Source: Felis catus
Lineage: Eukaryota
Direction of reading: 5' to 3'
Assembly: GCF_018350175.1 (NCBI RefSeq)
Contig: NC_058368.1
Location: 100,628,001-100,692,000 of the forward strand
Length of the DNA: 64,000 nucleotides
The notes beneath the pieces were generated by a model. It was not told where the DNA came from and searched no databases. It saw nothing but the letters and a program-made list of their open reading frames with translations. This document shows, piece after piece, positions 48,730-62,424 of the stretch. The translations under genes were made by a program, and so were the position numbers. Each line of letters starts with the position of its first letter. The first letter of the stretch is position 1.

Positions 48730-49800
48730 ATATAAGCTATATATGCCACAGAGGAAGCTTAAAAAGATCTTGAGAGGAATCACAAGGTGGCAAGACTTTA
48801 TCTGGGTGCAGGAGTCAAAAAATCCTGAAGAGCCTTTGTTTGAGATGGCCAGGCCAAGATGTAGGCATTAAGGAAGAAGTCATAGGAAATAGCAAGAGGG
48901 GAAATGAATTATATGCAGGGAATACCAAGGAGTTACCTTTGGTCTGCCCAGATAAGTGTTTAGGTATAGGGGAAAAAATATGGAGAGAAAGTTAAGTTGG
49001 AATCATTTTTGAAAGACTTGGCACTCCATGGAATTTGAAATTGGACAAAATAGCATAAAGGAGTTGTTGAACGTTTTTGACAAGAGGGTGTCAGAATCAG
49101 AAAAATTAACCTAGAGGGATGCCAGGGTGGCTTAGTTGGTTAAGCATCCAACTTCAGCTCAGGTCATGATCTTGAAGTTCGTGAGTTCGAGCCCCACACT
49201 GGGCTCTGTACTGACAGCTGAGAGCCTGGAGCCTGTTTCGGATTCTATGTATCCCTCTCTCTCTGCTCCCTCCCCACTCCCCCAACTCCCACTCTGTCTC
49301 TGTCTCTCTGTGTCAAAAATAAATAAACACTTTTAAGAAAAGGAGACAATATTTAAAAAAAAAAAAAAAAAAAAGGTTGAGAGGGAAGAAAGATTAACCT
49401 AGAAATGGTATTCAGACTTGTGGAACTGGGAGAGCCCAGAGGTGGAGAAAGTCAGAAACTGTTATTACGCTAGGTCTAGTTGAAAGGTAATGAGAGTTGG
49501 AATTGGAGTGGTGGCAGTGGGAATTGAATGAAAATAGAGGTACTATGACAGGAAAATCTATAGGACTTGACGCTGGTTGCATCTCGTAATGAGATTAGAG
49601 AATCAAGAAGGTGGATTTCAGCAACAGGTGGATAAAAACGGTGGTGTCAACATTAGTGATACGAAGAAATGAGAGAGATTGTTTTGGTGGGTTTAGTGAG
49701 GAACGTGTGGGATTGAGACACTCCAACTCAGAAATGGATATAGCTTAGAAAGTTTAGTTGAGGGGAGGTTCAGTGGGATTTGGAGAAGCAGCTGATTCAC
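48730..49800 (-). mobile_element. Degraded L2 LINE, antisense
   Basis: G/A-rich L2 antisense motifs (ttttgacaagagggtgtcagaatcag, ggtggcagtgggaattgaa, taggacttgacgctggttg). Confidence 0.55.
49116..49374 (+). mobile_element. SINEC
   Basis: Full body; flanked by attaacctaga. Confidence 0.95.
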
Positions 49801-50444
49801 TATGGAATGTGAGGTCCTCCAGCAAGAATTTTAGGTTCTTGTTCAGCAATACTCAGTGAGCTTTTCCTATGTGCCAGGCACTGTGCTGGGCATGGTTGGG
49901 AAGCTAAAATATACAAAACTGAGGCGTTCGGGAGTTTAGAACTTAGTAGTTCGTCCCTTTGGCTCTATCACTTGTTTGCATAACCTGAAGCAGTGAACGT
50001 TTCTGGGATACTCCGCCTGTTTTTACCCTGGGATTATGGCGCCCTATGTGTTTCACCACTTAAGCGGTAGCGTTGGGTTTTCAGGTGTAAAATTGTTTCG
50101 GATCATGGGGGAGTTGATGGGAAATGCTATTATGAACATTCAGAAGGACTAATGGAGGCAAGAAATGAGGTGAAAGCCAAAGTCCCAGTCAGAATGGAGA
50201 AGGGCAGCACACAAGAATCATTTTAGAGAAGTCTCTGAGGTTAGAACCGAAGCCAGAGCTTTCCACCAGTGCGTCACTTTCCAGGGGCAGGAGCCAGTAG
50301 TGTCTCTGAAACGCTCCCACGCCATTTTAGCACTGGATCCAGAGGCCAGAGAAATTATATATAAGTTTCCAAAAAAGGGACTCTGTACATTAGGAGACAG
50401 CACAGAAGTGTGAAGACTGTAGGTGTCGTCTTTCGGGACTGGTG

Positions 50445-50720
50445 TTCAGTCATTCAGTTGATACTTGAGCACCTACTGTGCGCTCAGGGCTACTTGTTGA
50501 GCACACAGTGGTGTGCAAAACAGACACGGCCCCTGGTGTCATGAAGTTTATAGTTCAGTGAGGCAGGCAGATATTAATCAAATCTCCACCAGACTGCCAG
50601 GGCGCTATAAAAAAAGAGAGGCAAAGTTCAGCGAGAGCCTCTTGTGGGAGGCCCTTCATTGAGAGTGGGAAATCAAGAGGCCCGCTCCAAGGAAATGGCA
50701 TTTGAGCAAACCAGGAATGG
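50445..50720 (-). mobile_element. L2 3' end, antisense
   Basis: cattcagttgatacttgagcacctactgtg...cagacacggccc...gaagtttatagttcagt. Confidence 0.65.
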
Positions 50721-51774
50721 AGCCAGCTTTCAACAAAGTCCTTTATTGTGGTGGGGGGTGGACCACGACTCAGATCTATCCCTTTGCCTGGCAACTAGAG
50801 CATCCAAGTGCAGAATCCTGAATGAACAAAATATCCAAAGGTCCCAAAACGCCAGAGCTGAGCCCAGTGACTGCAGTACAGAGCAAACAGGAAATCATTC
50901 AACGTCTAGCCATGCTGATCTCAGAGGTGCTGCTGCATGACGGTAAAAACCATGTGACGCGAGGCCAGTTGTTGAGTCTCTGTGGTCCTCACTTTGTTCC
51001 TCTGTGAGGTGGAAACGGTAAGAGTATCCCTATGGCTGTTGGGAAAATGAACTAAGATAATCTACAAAACTCAGAACACAGTTTGTAGCACTATCCCTGA
51101 ATAGATGTTCGAGATTATCATCGTTTTAGGTGAGATTTTTTTATTAAGATCACATTCGTCTATCCTAAAATTCATGCTTTTAAAACGTGTACGTCAGTGT
51201 TTTTAGTACACTCACAAAGTTGTGCAACCATCACCACTGTCTAATTCTGGAACATTTTCGTCACGCCAAAAAGAATCCCGTACCGTTAGCAGTCATGGTA
51301 AATTTTGCAGTCAAGGATTTTTTGATCCTGGAAGAAATCAGCTCTCCAAGAAGGAACAGCTCATTATTACTTGCTGTCTGCCTTAGTAAAAAATGTTACA
51401 TGCTTTAGAACTGCAGGCATGGAGGTTCTTTCACGGTAAGGCAGACATGCTCTCTCCACTCTCACGTCCCCTTTTGCAAACTCTGGTTATCCCCCTCTCC
51501 GGGTTGAAGCTCAGTTTTGTCCCCTCCTTTCTACTGAACGCTCCTATTTCGGCCTCCCAATGCCATCCTGCAACATTAATACAGAGACAGGTAGAGTCCA
51601 GAGGGGCAGGAAACTAGTGAGTTGCCTGTCTTGTGTCCCCTTCTTGTGATGCCTTCCAAGCGCAGGGCCTGGAAAATGGTAAAAGAACAAACACTTTCCC
51701 TTCTCTGATCTCTTGCTTAACTGTGAACCCTGTCATTTTTGTGGATGGTAGCAGCCCCAAGGAGGGAAATATCC

Positions 51775-51985
51775 AAGAACTAGTGACAAAAAGTGAGTTC
51801 TACCTCCTTAGGAGCTCTGTGGCCTAAAGCAAGTTGCTTACCTCCTTCAGAGTTTGGTTTTCTTCACCTTCAAAATAAGGATAATAACACAAGCTCAATC
51901 TGTCTTCTAGAATTGTGTGAAGAGGAAATGAGCTAATGTATGTAAAAGTGCCTTGTCAAATGTTGTATAAATGAAAGCATTATTA
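51775..51985 (+). mobile_element. MIR
   Basis: ctctgtggcctaaagcaagttgcttacctcc...gaggaaatgagctaatgtatgtaaaagtgcct. Confidence 0.75.
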
Positions 51986-52817
51986 CCCAGAAGTGAGAAC
52001 ACAGCCTCCAGATAGCATCGGTTATAGTTGAATAAGCTCCAGAAAGTAAATCTCTTTATACAACACTTGTGGGTAAAGCCTGCCATATATAGTTTGTATA
52101 GGGAGTGTAATTTTGCATTTGGGGTATAGCTTCATTCAGGAAGTCCTGTTTGCAAAGACTTTATTTGAAAATGAGCTAACAAATTAAAATCACCTACATT
52201 CAACTCATTCACACATAGGCATATTTAACAAGAACTTATAATTTCCCTGCTTGAATATCTTACCCCCGAACTAAATCTAATATTCAGTACCATATACTTC
52301 AAATCAATATCTGAGCGAGAATTTTTATCTAATTCATCTCGAGCACTTAAAAAATTCCAGGTACTATGCAAAGCCTTACTTCACTTACTCCTCATAACAT
52401 TCACATGAGAAAATAATCATTGTTCTCCCATTTTTCAGGTGAAAATAAAATGAAGACTTAACGAAGTCAAGGTCACCTATAGTTAAGAGATTAAGCTGGG
52501 GTTGAAACTATAGTGTGTTTGGCCCCAGATCTTACCCTCTGAACTCCCATGCTTGTGATGTACAAGAGAAAAAAAGAATTCTCAAGAATCGGAGGGTGCA
52601 TTCCTTCTGCATTTATTTGTGTGATTTATTTTCACATTTCGTTAAAGGATTATCTTGGACAGAATCCACAAAAGAAAAAAAAAAGGATTAAAAAAGATAA
52701 TTGATTTATGGACAAGGGTTCGTTGATTCCCATTTGAGATTTATTTAAGAAATGAGGAGGAATTTACTGAGAGTCATGATTGTTATCAGTTCTTAAAGGG
52801 AGTTGGGGTTGGGGGGG

Positions 52818-52915
52818 GAGGGCGCTGGCTGGCTCAGTTGGTGGAGCATGTGACTTGATCTCAGGGTTTTGAGTTCGAGGCCCATGTTGGGTGTAGAGAT
52901 TACTTTTTAAAAAAT
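52818..52915 (+). mobile_element. Short older SINEC
   Basis: TSD ttaaagggagttgg. Confidence 0.9.
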
Positions 52916-53611
52916 CGTTAAAGGGAGTTGGAATATCTACTTTTCTGAAAGGCACTAAGCAAGGTAAATTTCATCTTCTGTAGTCTCTACTAAATTCAGT
53001 TAGGAAACTAGACTCAAAGGAGTGAATAAGCCTTGTTAAACTATAGTCACTCTAGAATAGTACAGCATATAAATATTTATTTTAAAAATTCAAATACTAA
53101 AAGAAAAGAGAAAAAATTAAAACTCCCTTAAAAGCCCATAGTATTATGAAAAAAGACAAAAAAAAACTTTAAAAAGTTACTAAAAAAAAGAGAGAGAAAC
53201 GAAGTTAGCCAATATTTCTAACATCTCTAGATACAGTTATAAGTTAAAAATAAATAGATGAATAAATAAACACACCCATATACCCACTCTTAATCAGATC
53301 ATTTAAATAACATCATGGATGTTTGTTTTGTGTAATGATGTATATACAAATTAATATAGGAATTAAATATTACCTTATGGGTAAATAAATATTTTAATGG
53401 GTAAATATATTACAGACATGATAGATAGATATTGTTGTGAATTGTTCTCAGCAGTAAGGGTAAACTTTTTTGCAGAAAGAATAAGACCAATCGAAACCAT
53501 GTTCTAGAAACATACTTGAATGTCACACTCATACCGCACTCTGACATCTTTTATAGTCTTGATTGGTTTTTTTTTAAGTCTCACCATCTTTCCAGTTACA
53601 AACTTGCTGGG

Positions 53612-53832
53612 TTTTTTTATTTTTATTTTTTAACATTTATTTATTTTTGAGACAGGGAGAGACAGAGCATGAACAGGGGAGGGTCAGAGACAGGGAGATA
53701 CAGAATCTGAAACAGGCTCCAGGCTCTGAGCTGTCAGCATAGAGCCCGACGCAGGGCTTGAACTCACGGCCCGCGAGATCATGACCTGAGCCGAAGCCCG
53801 CCGCTTAACCGACTGAGCCACCCAGGCGCCCC
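53612..53832 (-). mobile_element. SINEC_Fc
   Basis: TSD aaacttgctg. Confidence 0.97.
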
Positions 53833-55829
53833 AAACTTGCTGTTTTCTAATTACCCACTTGGTTCAATCCTTGAGATGACATGAACTACACTTTTACAAA
53901 GTATAAAATTAAAATTCGTATTGCCTCCAAATCACCAGTTCAAAATAAAACCCAGCAGTGAGAGTTTTTCCATTAAAAGCTGTATTCTCTTCCTCTTACC
54001 TTTTTCATGCTTCATGCTGGACAGAAGCACAGATTCTAACATGAACAATGAGTGTCGAATTGAACCTCTGATGAGCAACCTAATTCTTTTTCCAGAAGGT
54101 GAGACTACCAGTTTGCCCAGCAAGCTTTAAAGAGGATTTTTCAGCAATCCTGCCAACTCAATACTTCCTTTGTATCAAATGTGGTTTCTGACTTCTGTTC
54201 CAGTTGGAGAATTAAGTTTGAAACACTGTCTGGAGTGTTCTGCCTCAAAGTGGGACGTGCTGCCTTGTTTGGTAGATGTCAGGAGCCTATTAAACACAAT
54301 CACCCAGTAACGTATTCGCTATGGAAGCAGCTGAATCATTCAAGTAATGCCAACAAACCAAATGCTTCTGTGAACAAAAGCTGGGTTCTATCTGTGCTTC
54401 AGACAGGCTGAGACCAAGTTAGTGTGCAAAAATTCAAGCAACTCATGGCTAATTATCAGTAGAGAATGGCTCAAAGAGTGGAAGACGTTTTCACAGATGG
54501 TGTTCACTGTACGAAAACAAGCACTTTGGGACATACACACATGCAAACAAACTTAGATTCTTAAGTTTTTCTTACTTAAGGCATGCCTTAAGAATCTGAA
54601 TCAGGAATAAATCCATTCTAAAATTTTCCATTTTAATGAGCCTTCCAGATACTTAGCTATGGAGAGCAAAGTCTGCTGCCAAATTTTACGTGGATATATT
54701 ACTCCCCAAATACATTTTAGTAAAATAAAATTGATGCTAATGAAAGCCTAGATTTTAAGTCTCGTACTTGGAGGTACTTATTTAAAAGCCATAAATTATT
54801 TCAAGAAAATATTTAAGTTACCTCTGTTTTCTCTATAATTTGGTTTACTCTTCATTCGGGGTGAGGGTTAACAGGGAGACTACCTACATCAAACGTATTT
54901 GTTAAGCTCATGTTCACATGGGCTCCCAGAATAAGGAGAATTTCAGTAACTTTATTTGGGAAAGTATTATCCCTGTTTCTCCTTTCCTTTCTCTTTCCAA
55001 GACATGTCTCATAGGTATTATCGTTCTCAGTTTCCAATTTGCTCATTCGAAATAAATGATGCTCGAACTCAGAGAATCATTTAGAGCCACTGAAAACATT
55101 TATTAAAAGGGTTTATAGTTAACAAACCAAACTTTGCCATCACAAACTTTCACCAGAATAAATGAAACAACAAATGCCTTTGGAGAGGCTGGAAGACACA
55201 CAGACTTAGAAAACTTGGCTGTGCTGCTTGATGAGGGAGTGGAAAAAGAATTGGGCTGGAAATCAGAGAACCCAGATTCTTGTCTTGGCTTCACTACCTA
55301 TTAGCACAGTAGACAAGAGAAAGCTGTCCATCCCACGTAAGCCTCTATTTTTTTTTTTATTTAAAAAGAGGGGTGGAGGTGGGCAGAGGAATAGCCACTA
55401 GTACGTATTTTGCTTCCTCTCTCTGATCAATACCCCATAATCAGCACACGATCCCAAATTCTGAAGCTCTTCATCCGTTGCCCGCTCTGCCACTGAACCT
55501 TAAATGAAACCTGCGTCCCCAGTGAGAACACTTCCATCAGACCAACACTCCTCCAATCTCATATTTTTAAGAAAAAAAATCTTCTCGGGCCTGTGGTGTC
55601 GATCTTTTAATTCATTTATCCCACACTATAAACTCAAATTTCCATTCTTCCAGCATCTCTGCTTGATAACTCCAACTAAAACTGCCTGTTGACCTTACTA
55701 GAGGCTCCAAGCCATTGATGTGTCTGCTTTCTCCCATCTCACCAGTCCCCTCCTCTCTTCACTTCCCCTGAATTCAGCTTAGATTGCATTATTTGTCATT
55801 CGACACCTCTTGTTAAAAACTCTTGCAAA

Positions 55830-56055
55830 GGGGCGCCTGGGTGGCGCAGTCGGTTAAGCGTCCGACTTCAGCCAGGTCACGATCTCACGGTCCGTGGGTT
55901 CGAGCCCCGCGTCGGGCTCTGGGCTGATGGCCTGGAGCCTGGAGCCTGTTTCCGATTCTGTGTCTCCCTCTCTCTCTCTGCCCCTCCCTCGTTCATGCTC
56001 TGTCTCACTCTGTCCCAAAAATAAATAAAAAACGTTGAAAAAAAAATTAAAAAAA
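55830..56055 (+). mobile_element. Young SINEC_Fc
   Basis: Perfect TSD aaaaactcttgcaaa. Confidence 0.97.
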
Positions 56056-56479
56056 AAAAACTCTTGCAAATACCTTGTACCTCCTTATTTTTGCCACACA
56101 TTCTTTGCGACAAGCTGATCGTGGATATGGCCAACATTCCACTTTCTCCAGGCCTGCATGTGAGCACTTTGGGTTACGGAAAGCCGCAAAACAGGGCAGA
56201 TGGAAATCACTACAAATTCGTGACCACCAACCTCAAGAGGATCTTCAACACGGCAGGGCAGTTTTCTCTCCTACTCTGCCTGAAAGGTATTTCGGGCTTC
56301 TCTGCTGTCCTCAAGCCCACAACATTGTTACTATCTGCAAAGGACCACATCTCCCCCTTCAGAATGGTTACAGAAATCATCAACAACAGCTCCCCAACCT
56401 ACTTTCAGCCAAAATGGAAGAAGCTACCTATGTCTGAACTAACCTGACCTCCACTTGTTATACACAGGGCAAAATGAGG

Positions 56480-56645
56480 ACCCGCCTCATCAGCATCATC
56501 TGTGGAGTTTTAGACATGCCACTTCTCAGATCCCACTCCAGACTTACTGAATCAGAAATGCTGGGAGAGAGTGGGACAGCAGTCTGTGTCTTAAAAAGCC
56601 TTCCAGATGATTCTGGAACAGCTAAAGTTTAAGCACCACTGCTCT
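56480..56645. mobile_element. MER5A hAT MITE
   Basis: cagcatcatctg...ccagacttactgaatcagaaa...ccttccagatgattctg...aagtttaagcaccactgc. Confidence 0.85.
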
Positions 56646-57061
56646 GGCAAAACCATTCCTCATCTTCTCTAAGGCTAACTACCAACCTAAGCCCTGGATC
56701 TCGTCCCCTCTTATCTTTTCAGGAACTTTTCACTGTCTCTTATGGCTTCTCTGCTCCATATATTCATCCTGTCCTTCTCATTCCTTGTCATTGTCATGAA
56801 ACATGCTCCAACCTCTTCTGTTCAAATGATCGCCTTACTGGAGATGCTTCACTTTATCGGAGGTTCCCCAAACACTTTGTGCCCTTGACTTTCAATACAG
56901 ACTCTTCAGACTTTTCTTCTTCTCTGGCCAGTTCTTCTCTGTCCCCTTTGCTGCCTCATCTTTTTTCTCTGCCATTAAGTGTTGAAAATTTCCCTTGTCT
57001 ACTTATACCAGCAAGTTCCCCAAGTAAATTATGCTACTTTCACTAATGTGAAGACCATTTA

Positions 57062-57278
57062 TTTTTTTTTCAACGTTTATTTTTTTTATTTTTGGGACAG
57101 AGAGAGACAGAGCATGAACGGGGGAGGGGAAGAGAGAGAGGGAGACACAGAATCGGAAACAGGCTCCAGGCTCTGAGCCATCAGCCCAGAGCCTGACGTG
57201 GGGCTCGAACTCACGGACCGAGAGATCATGACCTGGCTGAAGTCGGACGCTCAACCGACTGCGCCATCCAGGCGCCCC
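57062..57278 (-). mobile_element. Young SINEC_Fc
   Basis: Perfect TSD tgtgaagaccattta. Confidence 0.97.
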
Positions 57279-57514
57279 TGTGAAGACCATTTACAAACAA
57301 ACCTATATAAACAGTCCCAGCATCTGCCTGGCTCCCATCAGTTCCTAAGTATCTTGAAGGCATTTCAAATCTGCCATGTTCAAATTTCAATTCATGAGCC
57401 CCCTCCACCAAAACTAGGTGCTCCATAGTATCCATTTTTCCGATACAAAGGCACCATCTTTCTTTGTCGCTTTACATATCCAGTCCCTTACCAAACTCCA
57501 TTGATATTGCTTCT

Positions 57515-57731
57515 TTTTTCAAATGTTTATTTATTTTTGAGAGAGAGAGGGATAGAGAGACAGAGTGTAAGTGGGAGTGGGCAGAGAGTGAGGGAGACAC
57601 AGCATCTGAAGCAGACTCCAGGCTCTGAGCTGTCAGCACAGAGCCCAACGCGGGGCTTGAACTCATGAACCCTGAGATCATGACCTGAGCTGAAGTTGAA
57701 CGCTCAACCGACCAAGTCACCCAGGCACCCC
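57515..57731 (-). mobile_element. SINEC
   Basis: TSD cattgatatt(g/a)cttctt. Confidence 0.95.
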
Positions 57732-59749
57732 TCATTGATATTACTTCTTAAATGTCTTACAAATCTACTTAATTTTCATGATACCCACCACAAACACCAT
57801 AGACCAAATCTCTACCATCTTTCCTTTGGATTACTGATAGAACCCCTCAAATATCATTCTTTGCTCTAATCCTTTTCCTAAAACACTTGAATGGCTCCCA
57901 TTAATCTTAGGATAAAAATTGAAGTCCTTAACTTGAGTTACAGACCCTGCACAAGGCATCCCCTACCTGACTGGCCAACCTCACTCCTATCACATTCCCC
58001 ATCACACTCTACTCTGTCATCACGCTGGCCTTCTTTCAGTTCCTAGAACACTCCATCCCAACCAGGACCTGTACTGCCCTGAACTTCTCTTCCTTCCCTC
58101 CCTTCCTACATAACACTTACCCTTCCTTAAAATCTCAGCTCAAACATCACTTTTTCGAAGAAACCTTTCTGAAGCAGCCTGCTATGCGTCACACTGCAAC
58201 TTTATATTTATGTGACTATTTGATTAATGACCATCTCTCCTGTTATAATCAAAGCTACATGCAAACAATGTCTATATCTTGTTTGCTAAGCATAATATCC
58301 CTAGTACTTAGCATAGCTCCTGGGACTTAGTAGGTACTCATTAAGATATGTTGAATGTGTGGTTCTAATTATGAAATAACGTAATGGTAACATGGCATAT
58401 TTTGCCTACTTTGTGTCAGAATTAATGATCCTAAATGTTTTTAATGAACTCACATCACTGTACATGCTTAGAGAAGAGCTACACGTTCATTGCTAAGAAG
58501 AGACGGTTACTGGAACATAAAGTGATTTCTACGTATGAGTCACAGTCATAAGAGGCCAGTCTCGGAGTGAGAAGGAGTGGACATTGGTTAAGTACAAGAA
58601 GATAGGGGAGAGAAATGAGAATATTACCACACAGCATCTCTGATATCCCCTAGCTTTGCTGCCAAGATACTATCTGAAGAGCAAAGTTACATTCGTGTCA
58701 GGCCTCAAACCTGGTTGTCACTGGCTGGGTACTGCTTCAAGCCTACTCTCTCTGGGCCAAGTACGGTCAAGGCTTTCAACCATGAAAAGATGAAAACATC
58801 ACTCTTGGACCTTCCCTCTCTCACCCTGAAAATGCTTTTGTATATTTTATAAACCACAGAGATCACGAGGCAGATGAGAAGACGCAGAATGCCAGGGAGT
58901 GGGGGAGAATCGAAGTGCTTAAGCTTAGGAAGGCAAACCATCCAAGTTTGCCAATTACTTATTTCTGCAATATTTCAAAGTATCAACCACAACTGATACA
59001 CCACTACCGTTAAAAATCGCAGTTTGCCATTATAGACATAATTCAGCTGTGTGGGTTCAGATAGAAACTAGATGTGGGACAGGACCACTAACCGAAAGAA
59101 AGATGTATGAAGTCTATGTAAACAATAAGTCAGAAATCTTTCTAATGCTGTCAGGTAACCAGTATGTCACATTTTCCCCCATGAGGGGAAACAAAATCTA
59201 ATGATCACTGACTCTATCTGAAAACAGCCAAAATCACATCAACAGATGGGTGGTTGTCAATTAGCCATTTGTTAACCGGGGTGGATGTCTTGGCAGCTCT
59301 CACGCATCCCCAACAAAATGAAGGAGGGAAGGCATGAACGAGGATGAAGGCGTGAGTTCTCCTGAATCTCATTTTTAATTTTTCATGACATTTTATATTC
59401 TCGATAGAAAAATAATTTGGTGGGAAAATAATGACCGGAGAAAAAGAGAATCGTGTCCAACATAAATCGGAGTCTCTCCAAGGCCTTTATGGGTTGGCGT
59501 ATTTCTCAGAGAAGTTACCTTTCTGACTTGAGATCTGCTGTTGTCAGAAACATCAAAGGAAGAGACGGCAGCCTTAAGGAGCTCTTTCTAGTTATAAAAA
59601 TTGCAAGCATTTTAATGTATAATAAAATCTGATCGTTGCTGTTCTCCGAATAGTACTGATTCTCATACCGGTTTTTTCATTAGGACATTAACAAATGTTA
59701 ATGTTCGAGAGCAAATCTGAAGACCGAAAAGAGAGCGAAACTATCTCTA

Positions 59750-60780
59750 AGATGAGTTTCACCAACTTTAGACCGAAGTGTATAAGAATCACCAAGATAT
59801 ATGTTAAAAATGGGGATTCCAAGACATGTCTCCATAAAATGTTAATTTAGTAGAACTGAGGTATGGTCATGGAACATGAATTTTAATAAGTACTCCAGAG
59901 GATCCATCTGCAGACTACACTTTAAGAATAACTGTCATGGAAGAAAGGAATTTCGATTGCTCTTAGGCTTCAAATGTTTCAGTTTAAAAAAAAAATGAAA
60001 ACCTTAGTTCTTCAAAACATAGTATAAAGGAGAGACAGAATATTTTCATATCCTTTACTTTTTTTTCATACGATCTATTACCAGCACATACCCATCTAGG
60101 TAGACCAAGTGTTTCACAGACTCTAATGGTCACGAAAATCCCCTGGGGAACTTATTAAAATGTTGATTCTGAGTCAATAAGTCGGGCGCAGAGCCCATAT
60201 TCTGCAGTTCTAATGAAATCCCAGGCGATGCCTATGCCTCTAGATTTCAGACCACACGTTGAGTAGCAGGGTTCTAGAGAATGGTACTCCAGCTTCACAG
60301 GGCACTAGAATCCCATGGAGGCCTAGTCAAAACACAGATTGCTGCCCTCATCCAAGCATCTGATTCACAAGACCACAGAGGTAGAGACTGGAGCCGTGCA
60401 GCTGCAAGTCAAGGACTGCGGGCAGCCACCAAGCACTCAAAGAAACACTATGGAGCCTGGCTCAGTGGGTTAAGCATCGACTCTTGACCTCAGCTTGAGT
60501 CTTAATCTCAGAGTCATAAATTCAAGCCCTGTGTTGGGCTCTGCAGTGGGCGAGGAGCCTACTTCAAAAAAATAAGTAAATAAACAAATAGCCAAAAAAC
60601 AAAGCAGAAACAAAGGCCAGCTCCAAGAAACACAAAATAAGTTCTCCCCAGGGCCTCCTCTGGAGGCCTGGCCCTATCATCACTTTGAGTCGGGGTGATG
60701 CCTGTGGGTTTGCATTCCTAACAAACGCACGAGTGATGATAATGCTGCTGATCCCAGGACGATGCTTTGTAAATTATCAT
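59750..60780. mobile_element. Cluster of MER5-type MITEs, one split by a MaLR-like fragment and a short SINEC (60451-60590)
   Basis: Repeated MER5 motifs (agaatcacc, gaccacacgttgagtagca, aaaacacagattgctg, tttgcattcctaacaa). Confidence 0.6.
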
Positions 60781-62424
60781 TCTGGGCCATATTCTTGCGG
60801 AGGTACTATCACTAATAAATATCTTTCAACACTTAGATTCTCTTTTCTCAAACTCACTGGAGAGGTCTGGGAAACAGCAAAAACATGATATCTCCATGAA
60901 TCGTAGAGGTCAAAATCGTTATCTCCCATGATTTCCCTCCTCTGATCCTTTTGGAACAGTAAAGGACAGGAAAGGTACAGGACAGTGCAGGCCTTCAACT
61001 CAAAACAGACGAGTAAGGACTCGTTTTAGGCGAAGATTAGAGTTCGTGTACTTGGAATTTATACTTCATTTTGCCCTAGTACAAAGCTTTGAAATGATGT
61101 CACTTTACTCGAAAATCTGTAACCTAGTGATCCATAACCAGTGTCATGATAGAGTAACAAGATGGCGGCTCGCGTGGAGCTTGTGCCGAAAGTGGGGAGG
61201 GAATCGTAAATAAATAAATAAGAAAACAATGCCATTTCGTAAGTGATTCGGACAAAGTAGTGTGAGGTGATGAGGAAATTATTCCTTCTTTACATTGGGT
61301 GGTTAGGAGAGGTTTCTCAGAGAAGCTACATGGGTGACAAGAAAAAGTCACCCATGGTGTTCATTAAATGACCTCGCCACCATCATTTATTCTTTTAGCG
61401 TGTGGGTAAGGCATCGTAGACCATTCGTGATGAGAGAGGAACAGGAAAAAATGTGGAAAATCTAACAAATTGGGAGCTGCTTGGAAAATAGGACCGGTGG
61501 GTACGAACGGTGCTGTGGGATTTGGGTTGCCAGAAACTACATGAAGATGTGAGTTTTTCTGGATGCGTTATATACTGAGCCACATCTCTCAACTATCTTT
61601 AAAACCCATGCTTTAAAGCCATCATGCTCCAATCTGGTGAGGTTCTAACCCCAGCTGAGTCGTTGCAGTAGTGAAACACTTAATTATTTTCAGGTTTGAG
61701 CAGCTGCGAGGCCCAGCCCCACAGGCACACACTTCAAAGACTTGGCAGTTGTTCGCAATCTTTCCATTTCTGAAGCAACAAAGAACAGCACTGAACTCCT
61801 GCCAGTCTGGACAACATGGTCAGTCAGGGTTTACCCAGGACCCCCACAAGGCAGACCCGTGTCAGGTTCTTTGGCGAATCGAGAGGAATGCCATGCAGCA
61901 TCCCAGCACCCCAGTGCAAACCACACCCAGCATCCATTTCCTCTCCCTCCTCCACCGAGTCCCACCCCCATTTCTTCCCATCATTCATTTGGATAGATTC
62001 AATTTTAAAGGCGGGCAGAATATCCCAGTCACTCAAGAACAATAGTTGATTCACATCTTCCTGATTGGTTAGATTCTCAAGTGCATCCATACGTAAGTGG
62101 GGGAAATAGGAAGGATATAGGTGCCAGTTTGCGAGTCCCAGCATTACCCTTGGCTAAATGTGTGAAGAGAGGACATTTTTGATTAAGTCGTCTTCAATCT
62201 GCTTTCCTCTATTATTCTTCCTCCCTCTCCCTCTATTATTCTTCCTCCCTCTCCTGTAGGCTTTACACAACACGCTTTTGGTCACCCACATGTGTATTTG
62301 TCCTCCATGACATTTCTAAACTCCGAAATTTCCTCGTTCTCCTTTCTGTGTCACAATCTACTATTCTCTTGGCCATTCTTTTGAATCTCCATTAGGTAAC
62401 TGGCTAGTCTGAAAACTTCATTCT

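Larger units (their letters stand above)
55400..58360 (+). mobile_element. Long degraded L2 LINE (ORF2 remnant to 3' end), interrupted by three SINEs and MER5
   Basis: Remnant NRADGNHYKFVTTNLKRIFNTA resembles L2 ORF2; 3' end aatggctcccatt...ttagcatagctcctgggacttagtaggtactca...tgttgaatg. Confidence 0.8.

Noticed and set aside
56064..56447. 127-aa and 120-aa ORFs, among the longest non-SINE ORFs
   Set aside because: They lie within a degraded L2 LINE, and the peptide resembles an L2 ORF2 remnant.
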